Below are positions 1-7,039 of a stretch of DNA of 30,656 nucleotides, piece by piece. Location: the IMG/VR virus record IMGVR_UViG_3300025853_000414, positions 1 to 30,656 of that record; one strand, given 5' to 3'. Origin of the DNA: a virus (taxonomy: Duplodnaviria; Caudoviricetes). Numbering within the stretch: the stretch's first letter is position 1; each line of letters begins with the position of its first letter. Both the position numbers and the translations under genes were made by a program. Under the pieces are notes generated by a model that was not told the DNA's origin, did no database searches, and saw nothing but the letters and a program-made list of their open reading frames with translations.

Positions 1-1
1 G

Positions 2-1093
2 AGATAAGCTTTGTAAGTTTGAGAATATAATAGGTTCTTGTTCAGGATATTTTTCAGGATCACAGTTCTTTAAATAAAAACATTCTGCAGGACATTGCCC
101 ATCTACACAATCTCCACCTACTATTAGCTCATAATCCTCTCCTTGAATTTGTGCTATAACTGGAGGAGCTTGAGCACAAAACTTAGCAGGAGAATATGTA
201 AATTGTCTATTACCATTACAGTCTATATAATTTATACCTCCTGTATTACCCAATACTTCATAACAAATACAAGGACAAGGATCTTGTTCTGTTGCTGTTA
301 CTTTTAGAATAAGGGTAGGATTTTGACAAATTGCTTCATTTAGTTCAACATACCATGTTTCTGTATAGTTCTCTATAGTTATGTAAGTACCTACATAAGC
401 AGAAAGATCAATTAAAGTATTAATAGTAATTCCTGAACAGCTAGTTAGTCTATAACAAATAGGTTCACAATCTGGACATTGTATTTTACCATCTTGATAT
501 TCACAATCTGATTCATGAATAAATTCTAATTCACTTGCAGGAGGCGGAAATGGTAATGTATTATATGTATCCATATCAGGAATTATACCATCCCCTACTG
601 TACCAAATGATACAGTATAACAAGCTCCATTAAATAAATATACTCCTTGAAAGTTATTTAAATCTACAATAGGTAATGCAGGACTAAATTCGCTTTTTCC
701 TTTTACATCTCCTTCTATTTGTTCTACTCCAGTATAGCCCTCTCCTCTAAAATAAATAGTATCTCCTCCACAACATGGTTCTGCTATAATATAATGAGTA
801 CCTGATGGTGGATCGCAATCACAATCTGTAGTAGCACTATTACAGTCTGTAAATGTTCCTAAAGTATCTAAAGTAAGGAAGCTGGAATCAACTACATCAT
901 AGGTATTAAAGACAGAACCTTGACTTGTTATTATATAACAATTATCTGGATCTAAAATAAAACCTGAAGGTAATATAGTTTGTGTACCCGTCCATTTATA
1001 AATTCCATCTGATAAACCAGAAGGATCAAGATTTATTAATGTACTCTGACTTGTACAACAATTCTGTATTCTATAATAGGGTACACCTGCCAT
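2..1093 (-). CDS. Cys-rich repeat protein, probable virion structural protein (runs off the window's left edge)
   Basis: Not in ORF track. Hand translation from ATG at 1093 gives MAGVPYYRIQNCCTSQ...CYRLTSC...PCPCICYEV...CFYLKNC, an open frame of 364 codons to the edge with about 24 Cys. Sits downstream of structural genes. Confidence 0.75.
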   Translation of the reverse strand, partial: MAGVPYYRIQNCCTSQSTLINLDPSGLSDGIYKWTGTQTILPSGFILDPDNCYIITSQGSVFNTYDVVDSSFLTLDTLGTFTDCNSATTDCDCDPPSGTHYIIAEPCCGGDTIYFRGEGYTGVEQIEGDVKGKSEFSPALPIVDLNNFQGVYLFNGACYTVSFGTVGDGIIPDMDTYNTLPFPPPASELEFIHESDCEYQDGKIQCPDCEPICYRLTSCSGITINTLIDLSAYVGTYITIENYTETWYVELNEAICQNPTLILKVTATEQDPCPCICYEVLGNTGGINYIDCNGNRQFTYSPAKFCAQAPPVIAQIQGEDYELIVGGDCVDGQCPAECFYLKNCDPEKYPEQEPIIFSNLQSLS

Positions 1094-1095
1094 TT

Positions 1096-1242
1096 TTATT
1101 TAGTAAATTTTGCCAATTTTTGTTTTTTCAGTGTCGCTTCATAAGCATTTATACAATTGGAACATACTGAAGTTTTATCAGATGCTGTTCTTTTTTGACA
1201 TCCACAGGATAGTCTTCTTTTACAATTTGCACATGCTGCCAT
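1096..1242 (-). CDS. 48-aa Cys-rich metal-binding (Zn-finger/metallothionein-like) peptide
   Basis: Not in ORF track. MAACANCKRRLSCGCQKRTASDKTSVCSNCINAYEATLKKQKLAKFTK*; CxxC...CGC...CxxC pattern; fills the gap between neighbours; A-rich leader. Confidence 0.75.
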   Translation of the reverse strand: MAACANCKRRLSCGCQKRTASDKTSVCSNCINAYEATLKKQKLAKFTK

Positions 1243-1244
1243 AA

Positions 1245-1255
1245 TTTTGTTGGTT
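1245..1255 (-). promoter_or_regulatory. AACCAACAAAA 5'-leader motif (copy 1)
   Basis: Identical 11-mer in the leaders of genes starting at 1242, 8059 and 11086. Confidence 0.4.
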
Positions 1256-1263
1256 TTTAATGG

Positions 1264-1806
1264 TTAACAATTTCTACAATCTAATTTATATAGAAGCTTT
1301 AAAGCATAGTTATACAATGTCATTCCCTCTTGTTGTTCATGACATGTTTCTACTTTTGCTTTTGCAGCATCTAAATACATTCTAATTAATCTAAGTTGTT
1401 CTAACTTATTTTTAACTTTTTTGGGAGGATCACAGTCTGCCACATCTATATCACATAGAATCTTTTCATAAAGATTCATAGCTTGTGTAGTTCTTAGATG
1501 ATTATATTCTACATACACAACATGACTAGGATCTACTATATATTTAATTACATATATTCCATCTGGTAAATTCACATAAGTACTATCACAGTTTTCAGTT
1601 TGTATATCTAAGTCACATCCTGTTAGTGTAGGAGAAGACTCAGGTTGAAAATGAACTTCTGTAGCATATGTATACCCAGGAACTGTGATTTGTAACTTTG
1701 GTTCAAAAATACCCACTTGTGCAGAATATACACTTGTATCAAATATTTTCATAACACAAGGATTCCCAACATGAGGTATTTCCAAACTTAATACATGATT
1801 TGCCAT
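1264..1806 (-). CDS. Putative structural protein (beta-rich N-part, helical Cys-containing C-part)
   Basis: 180-aa ORF in the structural module; function inferred from position only. Confidence 0.5.
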   Translation of the reverse strand: MANHVLSLEIPHVGNPCVMKIFDTSVYSAQVGIFEPKLQITVPGYTYATEVHFQPESSPTLTGCDLDIQTENCDSTYVNLPDGIYVIKYIVDPSHVVYVEYNHLRTTQAMNLYEKILCDIDVADCDPPKKVKNKLEQLRLIRMYLDAAKAKVETCHEQQEGMTLYNYALKLLYKLDCRNC

Positions 1807-1818
1807 AATTCTTAAAAT

Positions 1819-1858
1819 AAAAAAAGGGAGAGGAGAAACAAGATCTCACTCTCCCTTT
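1819..1858 (-). terminator. Intrinsic terminator after the 454-aa gene
   Basis: Minus strand AAAGGGAGAGTGAGA-TCTTGTT-TCTCCTCTCCC followed by T7. Confidence 0.8.
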
Positions 1859-1877
1859 AATGAGTAATTAATAGTTA

Positions 1878-3242
1878 TTACGCTGTAACTGGAATACTTG
1901 GAGTAGGACAAGCATCTGCATCTTCAGCAGCTTGCTGGTAGCATGGGTTTCCACATGCATCCAAGATTCTTTGTAAGTCCTTAACTAAAGCAGCTCTTTC
2001 TGTAGCTCTAAGAGCAATAGGAGTAAGAACTTCAATTAAGTATTGATCATTATCAAATGTTCCAGAAGGGTTATTGAATCGTGGTACACTATGTAAAACC
2101 ATTAGTCTATCATACAGTCCATTTCTGTCAATTTGACCAGCACCTGTACCTAACATGTCATTACCTTGAGTAATTTCACGAATTCTTAAGTCAGAAGCAA
2201 AATGATTTTGTCTGTAAGATTCTGACAAGATAAAGTCTCTTGCAGCAGTTTCTCCAAGACCATTTGCTTTTCTTCCTTCACACTCATGAGCAATACAGAT
2301 TCCTGTAAATTCACAAGGAGAACCAGTTAAATCTACTTCAGAAGCATAAATTCTTACTGGCTCAGTTTCATAGAAGTCAGAAGGTTGGAAAGTACAATCT
2401 CCAAATCTAGTTTCTTCATATGCACCAATTAAAGATAAACCTGCACAGTCTCCGTTTCCAAGAACCCATGTAGATACATAGTTATCCCAAGTATCAATAG
2501 TATATGCAGGATATTGAATTGCGGCAGCAGCCAATACAGCAGCATCAGTTCCTGGAGGATAATATAATGCATCTACTACACCTGCAGTTGCAAATGATAC
2601 AACTGGAATAAGTAGTGGAGCAGGATTAATTCTTCCGTTAGGACCATTACCTGTAACAACTACACTTTCCCAAATACCAGTAGCCCATTGAATCATGATA
2701 GATGCTGGATCTACTTCTACTGGAGCAATAAGTGGATCATCTGGTTGATCAGGACAACAACCACCATTTGCAGTAACTTCTACATATCCTTGGTGGTTTA
2801 ACATTCTCAATGCTGGAGAACCTTTAACATCAACTCTTAAGTGATAGTTCTCACCACAAAGGAAAGTTGGGCAGCAATCTCCTTCTGCAGGTGGATTAGC
2901 TACAGTCCAAGCTGTAGTACCAATATGAAGAATAGAGTTTTGAGCAGCATGTGCCAAACCATCCCATACTTTAGTTACATATCTTGGATTGATTCCTTTT
3001 GATTTAATAGATTCTTGGTATCCTCCGTGAAAAGGTCCAACTCTATCATTTGTATAAGGAGATCCAGATACAACTAAAAATTGACAACACTCTGGTGTTG
3101 CTACATCAGAAGGAGCAAAAGTCTGTGCATTAAAAAGCGACAACTGTCCTGCTGTTAAAGCTCCTGTAGTGGTAGCACTTGCTGGAGCCACATAGTCAGA
3201 CATTACAAATGTCTTTCTAAAAGCGTGATTAAAATAAGCCAT
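1878..3242 (-). CDS. Probable high-copy structural protein (auxiliary capsid protein-like, by crAss-like synteny)
   Basis: 454 aa, acidic, Ala/Gly/Cys-rich (15 Cys). Follows the ring-like gene and has its own promoter-like motif and terminator, as the MCP unit does. Confidence 0.55.
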   Translation of the reverse strand: MAYFNHAFRKTFVMSDYVAPASATTTGALTAGQLSLFNAQTFAPSDVATPECCQFLVVSGSPYTNDRVGPFHGGYQESIKSKGINPRYVTKVWDGLAHAAQNSILHIGTTAWTVANPPAEGDCCPTFLCGENYHLRVDVKGSPALRMLNHQGYVEVTANGGCCPDQPDDPLIAPVEVDPASIMIQWATGIWESVVVTGNGPNGRINPAPLLIPVVSFATAGVVDALYYPPGTDAAVLAAAAIQYPAYTIDTWDNYVSTWVLGNGDCAGLSLIGAYEETRFGDCTFQPSDFYETEPVRIYASEVDLTGSPCEFTGICIAHECEGRKANGLGETAARDFILSESYRQNHFASDLRIREITQGNDMLGTGAGQIDRNGLYDRLMVLHSVPRFNNPSGTFDNDQYLIEVLTPIALRATERAALVKDLQRILDACGNPCYQQAAEDADACPTPSIPVTA

Positions 3243-3279
3243 TTTTCTTTTGTTTAAAGTTTATAAATAAATATATATA

Positions 3280-3294
3280 TAATATACTAAATTT
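3280..3294 (-). promoter_or_regulatory. Putative phage late-promoter motif AAATTTAGTATATTA
   Basis: The same core GTATATTA occurs in four intergenic gaps, always upstream of a minus-strand start. Confidence 0.6.
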
Positions 3295-3309
3295 TTTTAA
3301 ATAATCAAA

Positions 3310-3804
3310 TTATTTCAAGAAAAGTAATTTATACTTAGTAGAATTAATTATATCTTTTACTAGATCTAAATTGTTTACTATTTCAGAATATGGTAACATA
3401 CCTTGTAGTTTATTAACCATTCCATATAAGTCTCTTAAGTAAGAAACACCATCTGATACTGTATCTAATGTTCTACAACTTACTTCTTTGTAACCTAAAA
3501 TCTTTTCTGCTACTCCTTGATATCCTTCTGCAAGTGTATCTGCATGACCTGGTAGAGCATCATATAATTCATTTAAAGCTTTATGCGCTGCATAAGAACC
3601 TTCACCTTTAACTTTTAAATGTAGTTTATGAAAGCTAGTTGCAGCATTCATAAGCTCAGATACACATGATGATACCATGTTATCTAATGAACTTCCACCA
3701 ACTCCTGTATCTTTAGTTGGTTCAGCTTTTACTTCTTCTCTTGGTCTACTAATAGTTTTAGTAGTTTCTGGATTTCTTTTTAAAAGTCTAGATCTTGTTT
3801 CCAT
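3310..3804 (-). CDS. Ferritin/Dps-like protein (DUF5856-like) with a charged N-terminal extension
   Basis: HLKVKGEGSYAAHKALNELYDALPGHADTLAE parallels the Dps H-W-N-V-x-G...H...LY...D-x-x-AE ferroxidase signature; four-helix pattern. Confidence 0.75.
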   Translation of the reverse strand: METRSRLLKRNPETTKTISRPREEVKAEPTKDTGVGGSSLDNMVSSCVSELMNAATSFHKLHLKVKGEGSYAAHKALNELYDALPGHADTLAEGYQGVAEKILGYKEVSCRTLDTVSDGVSYLRDLYGMVNKLQGMLPYSEIVNNLDLVKDIINSTKYKLLFLK

Positions 3805-3806
3805 AA

Positions 3807-4505
3807 TTAGTTGTTTCTTTCAGCACCTTGTGTACCTCTTGGATATTGTACAGGAGCTTCTATATCTCCTCCAATTATACTTACTGCTTCATCTATTATT
3901 AGTTCTATAATATCATCTTTAAATTCAGACTCTACTTCTACTAATGATTGAACTTCTGTATATGGATCAACACATCCCTGAATTTGTATCTTTCTTGGTT
4001 GTCTATAATATATTAGACTAGCTTCTCCAATTTCAAATTCATCATTAGTATAAATATGTACTTTATCATCAATTAAGGTAGCAAATGTTTCTGCCCATTC
4101 AAAGCTTGGTTTTTTTGATTTGTCTCTGAGTAATTGATTTAAGTTACCTTCTTCTGCTAAGTATACAGTCATTCTTCTATCTTCACAACAGTCTTTACAA
4201 GCTAATACATCAACTCTCTTCCATTGTAAATAGTCTTCTGGAATAGCACCAAAGAAGTAATACTTTTTATCTGTTACATTTATTTGTTCCGTAGTTAACA
4301 AAGTTTGAAGGTCATCTTTTCTTCTAGTAGATTGTTCATCACCTTCTTGTACAACATTAAGCCCGTGCAATTGTCTTCTACACCATTCTACTTGTGCTTT
4401 ATTAAAAGCTTCAACAACTTGCCAGCATTCTATATTATCATAGTCTTGACTATCAAGTTTATTTAATCTTTGTTTCAGCTTTATAACAATTGTACTATTA
4501 AGCAT
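3807..4505 (-). CDS. Head-tail ring/adaptor-like structural protein (crAss-like)
   Basis: 232 aa; N-terminal LKQRLNKLDS...VVEAFNKAQ and Y-Y-R-x-P motifs resemble crAss-like ring/tubular proteins; synteny downstream of MCP. Confidence 0.6.
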   Translation of the reverse strand: MLNSTIVIKLKQRLNKLDSQDYDNIECWQVVEAFNKAQVEWCRRQLHGLNVVQEGDEQSTRRKDDLQTLLTTEQINVTDKKYYFFGAIPEDYLQWKRVDVLACKDCCEDRRMTVYLAEEGNLNQLLRDKSKKPSFEWAETFATLIDDKVHIYTNDEFEIGEASLIYYRQPRKIQIQGCVDPYTEVQSLVEVESEFKDDIIELIIDEAVSIIGGDIEAPVQYPRGTQGAERNN

Positions 4506-4520
4506 GTCTTACTTCTTTTA

Positions 4521-4865
4521 TTAGTATTTATCCCACCAGTTTTTCTTTTTGGAAAGCGGAAATCCATATTTATCAAAACCTGCTTTACCTTTATTTTTTT
4601 GTCTATCGGCAGCATCTAGGTGATACATCATAACATCCATAGCCATATTAGCACCTTTTTTATCACCTTTATTTTCAAACTCTTTAGACAAAATAGCATC
4701 TTCTTTAGCCCATTGATTATAAATCTTTGTACTATCTGTACTAATTCCTTCTTGAGCTTTAACTAAACTCTTTTTAAATTTTTTCATTTCCTTTATAGCT
4801 TTAGCTTTTGCCATAGCTCTATTATTATTAAAAAATTCTACAGGGTGTATTTTCTTATTTTTCAT
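4521..4865 (-). CDS. Small Lys-rich hypothetical protein
   Basis: 114 aa; N-terminal HPVEFF...SLVKAQEG motif. Confidence 0.6.
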   Translation of the reverse strand: MKNKKIHPVEFFNNNRAMAKAKAIKEMKKFKKSLVKAQEGISTDSTKIYNQWAKEDAILSKEFENKGDKKGANMAMDVMMYHLDAADRQKNKGKAGFDKYGFPLSKKKNWWDKY

Positions 4866-4866
4866 T

Positions 4867-5070
4867 TTATTTCTTTTTTCTTAGTTTACCTAATGTAATT
4901 GCAAACCTTGCACGTTGAGCAGTTTTGCCTGAACCTTTTGCTTTTTCTCTTAACCAAGATTTTTTAATTCTTTTATTTTTGGTATCATATCCACCTTGTC
5001 TCTTTGCTGTTGCTGTAAGAGAACCTGGTTTCTTAATTGCCTTTTTAATATTTAATTTCTTGGTTGCCAT
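4867..5070 (-). CDS. Small highly basic protein
   Basis: 67 aa, K/R-rich (IKKPGSL...RARFAITL); tightly packed with neighbours. Confidence 0.7.
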   Translation of the reverse strand: MATKKLNIKKAIKKPGSLTATAKRQGGYDTKNKRIKKSWLREKAKGSGKTAQRARFAITLGKLRKKK

Positions 5071-5073
5071 TTT

Positions 5074-5139
5074 TTAATATTCCCAGTAGATAAAAATTTG
5101 ATCAGTTTCTTCTTCTGGTTCTTTATAAAATTTGTTCAT
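5074..5139 (-). CDS. 21-aa micro-ORF MNKFYKEPEEETDQIFIYWEY
   Basis: Not in ORF track. ATG is 6 nt downstream of the GTATATTA motif; TAA ends 3 nt before the next ATG. Confidence 0.45.
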   Translation of the reverse strand: MNKFYKEPEEETDQIFIYWEY

Positions 5140-5145
5140 ATATTA

Positions 5146-5160
5146 TAATATACAAAAAAA
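5146..5160 (-). promoter_or_regulatory. Putative late-promoter motif TTTTTTTGTATATTA
   Basis: Copy of the recurring intergenic GTATATTA core. Confidence 0.55.
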
Positions 5161-5442
5161 TTAACAATTCCACTTTCTAAGAGACTTGTTAATTCTTGAG
5201 TTAGGATCATTTGCTTTTTTAGATCCTGTCATTTTTTTCTTCATGCCTTTCATTCTAGCACAAAAAGATTTCTTTCTTTTAGCTCTTTTACCTTTAGGAT
5301 CTTTTTCAGTAACTGGTGCTGCTAATTTACTACCAGGATTAGCTTTTCTATAAGAGGCTCTTCCTTTAGCATTTAAACCACCAGATTTACTTTTACCTTC
5401 TTTCCTAGTCCAAGCAGGACTTTTTTTCTTAGCAGTAGCCAT
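5161..5442 (-). CDS. Small highly basic protein (DUF6321-like)
   Basis: 93 aa; SPAWTRKEGKSKSGGLNAKGRASY...RKKSFCARM...SLRKWNC is a pattern recognised from small basic proteins of aquatic phages. Confidence 0.7.
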   Translation of the reverse strand: MATAKKKSPAWTRKEGKSKSGGLNAKGRASYRKANPGSKLAAPVTEKDPKGKRAKRKKSFCARMKGMKKKMTGSKKANDPNSRINKSLRKWNC

Positions 5443-5579
5443 TACTTTTTCTTTTTAGGTTTAGTATGAGAATAACCTTTTGCTTTCAAACTTAAATGAT
5501 CCTTCATACTTTTAGCCATGATCATTTTACCTGACTTACTGTACATTGGATGAGCTTTAAATTTTTTAGTCGTTGCCAT
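5442..5579 (-). CDS. 45-aa basic micro-protein
   Basis: Not in ORF track. MATTKKFKAHPMYSKSGKMIMAKSMKDHLSLKAKGYSHTKPKKKK*; abuts the upstream stop and has a TAATG overlap with the next gene. Confidence 0.75.
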   Translation of the reverse strand: MATTKKFKAHPMYSKSGKMIMAKSMKDHLSLKAKGYSHTKPKKKK

Positions 5580-5837
5580 TTATTTTTTTCTTTTTTTGAT
5601 TGAACTTGTTCTTCTACCCATACCTACTTGTTTCTTTTCTCTAACAGCAGCAGCCTTTTGAGATTTAGATAAAGACCCCCAAGTTCTAGGAGTCTTTTTT
5701 GAAACCTTTTTAGTTGGTCTACACTTTTTAGTTTTTTTATTTTTGTCAGAACCACAAGGATTTCCTTTTTCATCCTTCCATTCTTCTTTAAACCACCTTT
5801 TAAGTGCAAGACCTTTAGCTGTTTTTCTAACTGCCAT
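5580..5837 (-). CDS. Small basic protein (DUF5872 C-half-like)
   Basis: 85 aa; LKRWFKEEWKD-x-x-G-x-PCG...CRP-x-K-x-VS-x-KTP-x-T motif. Confidence 0.65.
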   Translation of the reverse strand: MAVRKTAKGLALKRWFKEEWKDEKGNPCGSDKNKKTKKCRPTKKVSKKTPRTWGSLSKSQKAAAVREKKQVGMGRRTSSIKKRKK

Positions 5838-6028
5838 TACTTAATTTTTCCTCTACGTTTTCTACATTTTGCAATATATCCACTAGCATAAGCTGAAGGA
5901 AAAACTGCATATTTAACTTTAGCCTTATGATAACAAGCATCTTTTTTAGTTCCACCTTTTTTCATTCTTTCTAGATTAGCATCTCTAAAGAACTTTAAAA
6001 CTTTTGTAGGATTTGTAGTATTAGGCAT
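5837..6028 (-). CDS. Small basic protein (PSAYASG motif, DUF5872 N-half-like)
   Basis: 63 aa; KKDACYHKAK...FPSAYASGYIAKCRK; TAATG-coupled to the next gene. Confidence 0.65.
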   Translation of the reverse strand: MPNTTNPTKVLKFFRDANLERMKKGGTKKDACYHKAKVKYAVFPSAYASGYIAKCRKRRGKIK

Positions 6029-6034
6029 AACTTA

Positions 6035-6322
6035 TTATTTTGTCATTCTAGATGATCTAGTCCAAGAACCACCCATTTTGTTTTCACCCAAAGGATTGTT
6101 TTCTTTTTTCTGTTTTTCTTCTCTAGCCTCTTTAAAACTCATACCTGGATTAGCTTTTCTAATCTTATTAATTTGTCTAATATTTTGTATAGACTTGTTA
6201 AGAACCGTATTTCCTAAAGCATCTGCACCTGCTGCAAAAATTGCTTTAGTAACAGTAGGAACAGTTTCTCTATATTGTTTTATAAGATCTTTTATAGGAC
6301 CATCTTGTTTTTTATAAGCCAT
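6035..6322 (-). CDS. Small basic hypothetical protein
   Basis: 95 aa; C-terminal NKMGG. Confidence 0.6.
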   Translation of the reverse strand: MAYKKQDGPIKDLIKQYRETVPTVTKAIFAAGADALGNTVLNKSIQNIRQINKIRKANPGMSFKEAREEKQKKENNPLGENKMGGSWTRSSRMTK

Positions 6323-6333
6323 AACTTTAAAAT

Positions 6334-6561
6334 TTATTTACGTTTAAGAGTTCTTCTTCTTGGTAGAGTTCTTTTAGCTGGAGTTGAGGAACCTCCAGCT
6401 AAAGATTGAAGATTTTTAACTTCTTCCATAGCAGCTTTTTTTACATCAGCCATTAACTTAGAATCTTTTTTTATTTCTTCAGCTCTCCTTAAAGTACTCA
6501 TTGCAGATTGTATTTCAAACTGCCTCATTTCTTTCTTATTCATGTTAGTTATTTTTATCAT
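6334..6561 (-). CDS. Small basic hypothetical protein
   Basis: 75 aa (start may be an internal Met); helical core and R/K-rich tail. Confidence 0.6.
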   Translation of the reverse strand: MIKITNMNKKEMRQFEIQSAMSTLRRAEEIKKDSKLMADVKKAAMEEVKNLQSLAGGSSTPAKRTLPRRRTLKRK

Positions 6562-6797
6562 TTATAAGAACTCTTCTTCATGGTTTTCATAACTCCCCCT
6601 CTTCTATATTCTCCACCTTTCATCATTTTATCACCTTTTAGTACTCCAGCAGACATAGCTGAATTTACCATACCACCATTCATAAGTATTCTTCCTTGAA
6701 TAGAATTAGGATTGTTTGTATACATTGGCATTACTTTACCACCCATTTTCATTTTGGCAGGTCCGCCTTTACTGTACATCATTTTATTATTTGCCAT
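6558..6797 (-). CDS. Met/Lys/Gly-rich micro-protein with five xxxGG motifs
   Basis: 79 aa, 14 Met; YSKGG, MKMGG, LMNGG, MMKGG, YRRGG. Confidence 0.7.
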   Translation of the reverse strand: MANNKMMYSKGGPAKMKMGGKVMPMYTNNPNSIQGRILMNGGMVNSAMSAGVLKGDKMMKGGEYRRGGVMKTMKKSSYK

Positions 6798-6799
6798 GA

Positions 6800-7021
6800 T
6801 TAAAAAGATTTATTTGTTCTATTATACTTCATTTTTTTACCGCAAGATCCTCCATACTTCATCATACCAGTTTCTAAACTTGATCCGCCATTTCTTTTAA
6901 ATGCACCTCTGCCTTTTAAAATATCAGCGTAAGTTACTTTACCATCCCCTGTAAGATCAGGAAATGATGATCCTCCTTTTTGATAGTTGTGATTTCCACC
7001 ACATTTCATACATCTTGCCAT
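6800..7021 (-). CDS. Small basic protein with an EF-hand/dockerin-like loop and xxxGG motifs
   Basis: 73 aa; 12-residue loop DLTGDGKVTYAD; MKCGG, YQKGG, KRNGG, MKYGG. Confidence 0.7.
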   Translation of the reverse strand: MARCMKCGGNHNYQKGGSSFPDLTGDGKVTYADILKGRGAFKRNGGSSLETGMMKYGGSCGKKMKYNRTNKSF

Positions 7022-7039
7022 AATTTCTATTTTTTTAAT

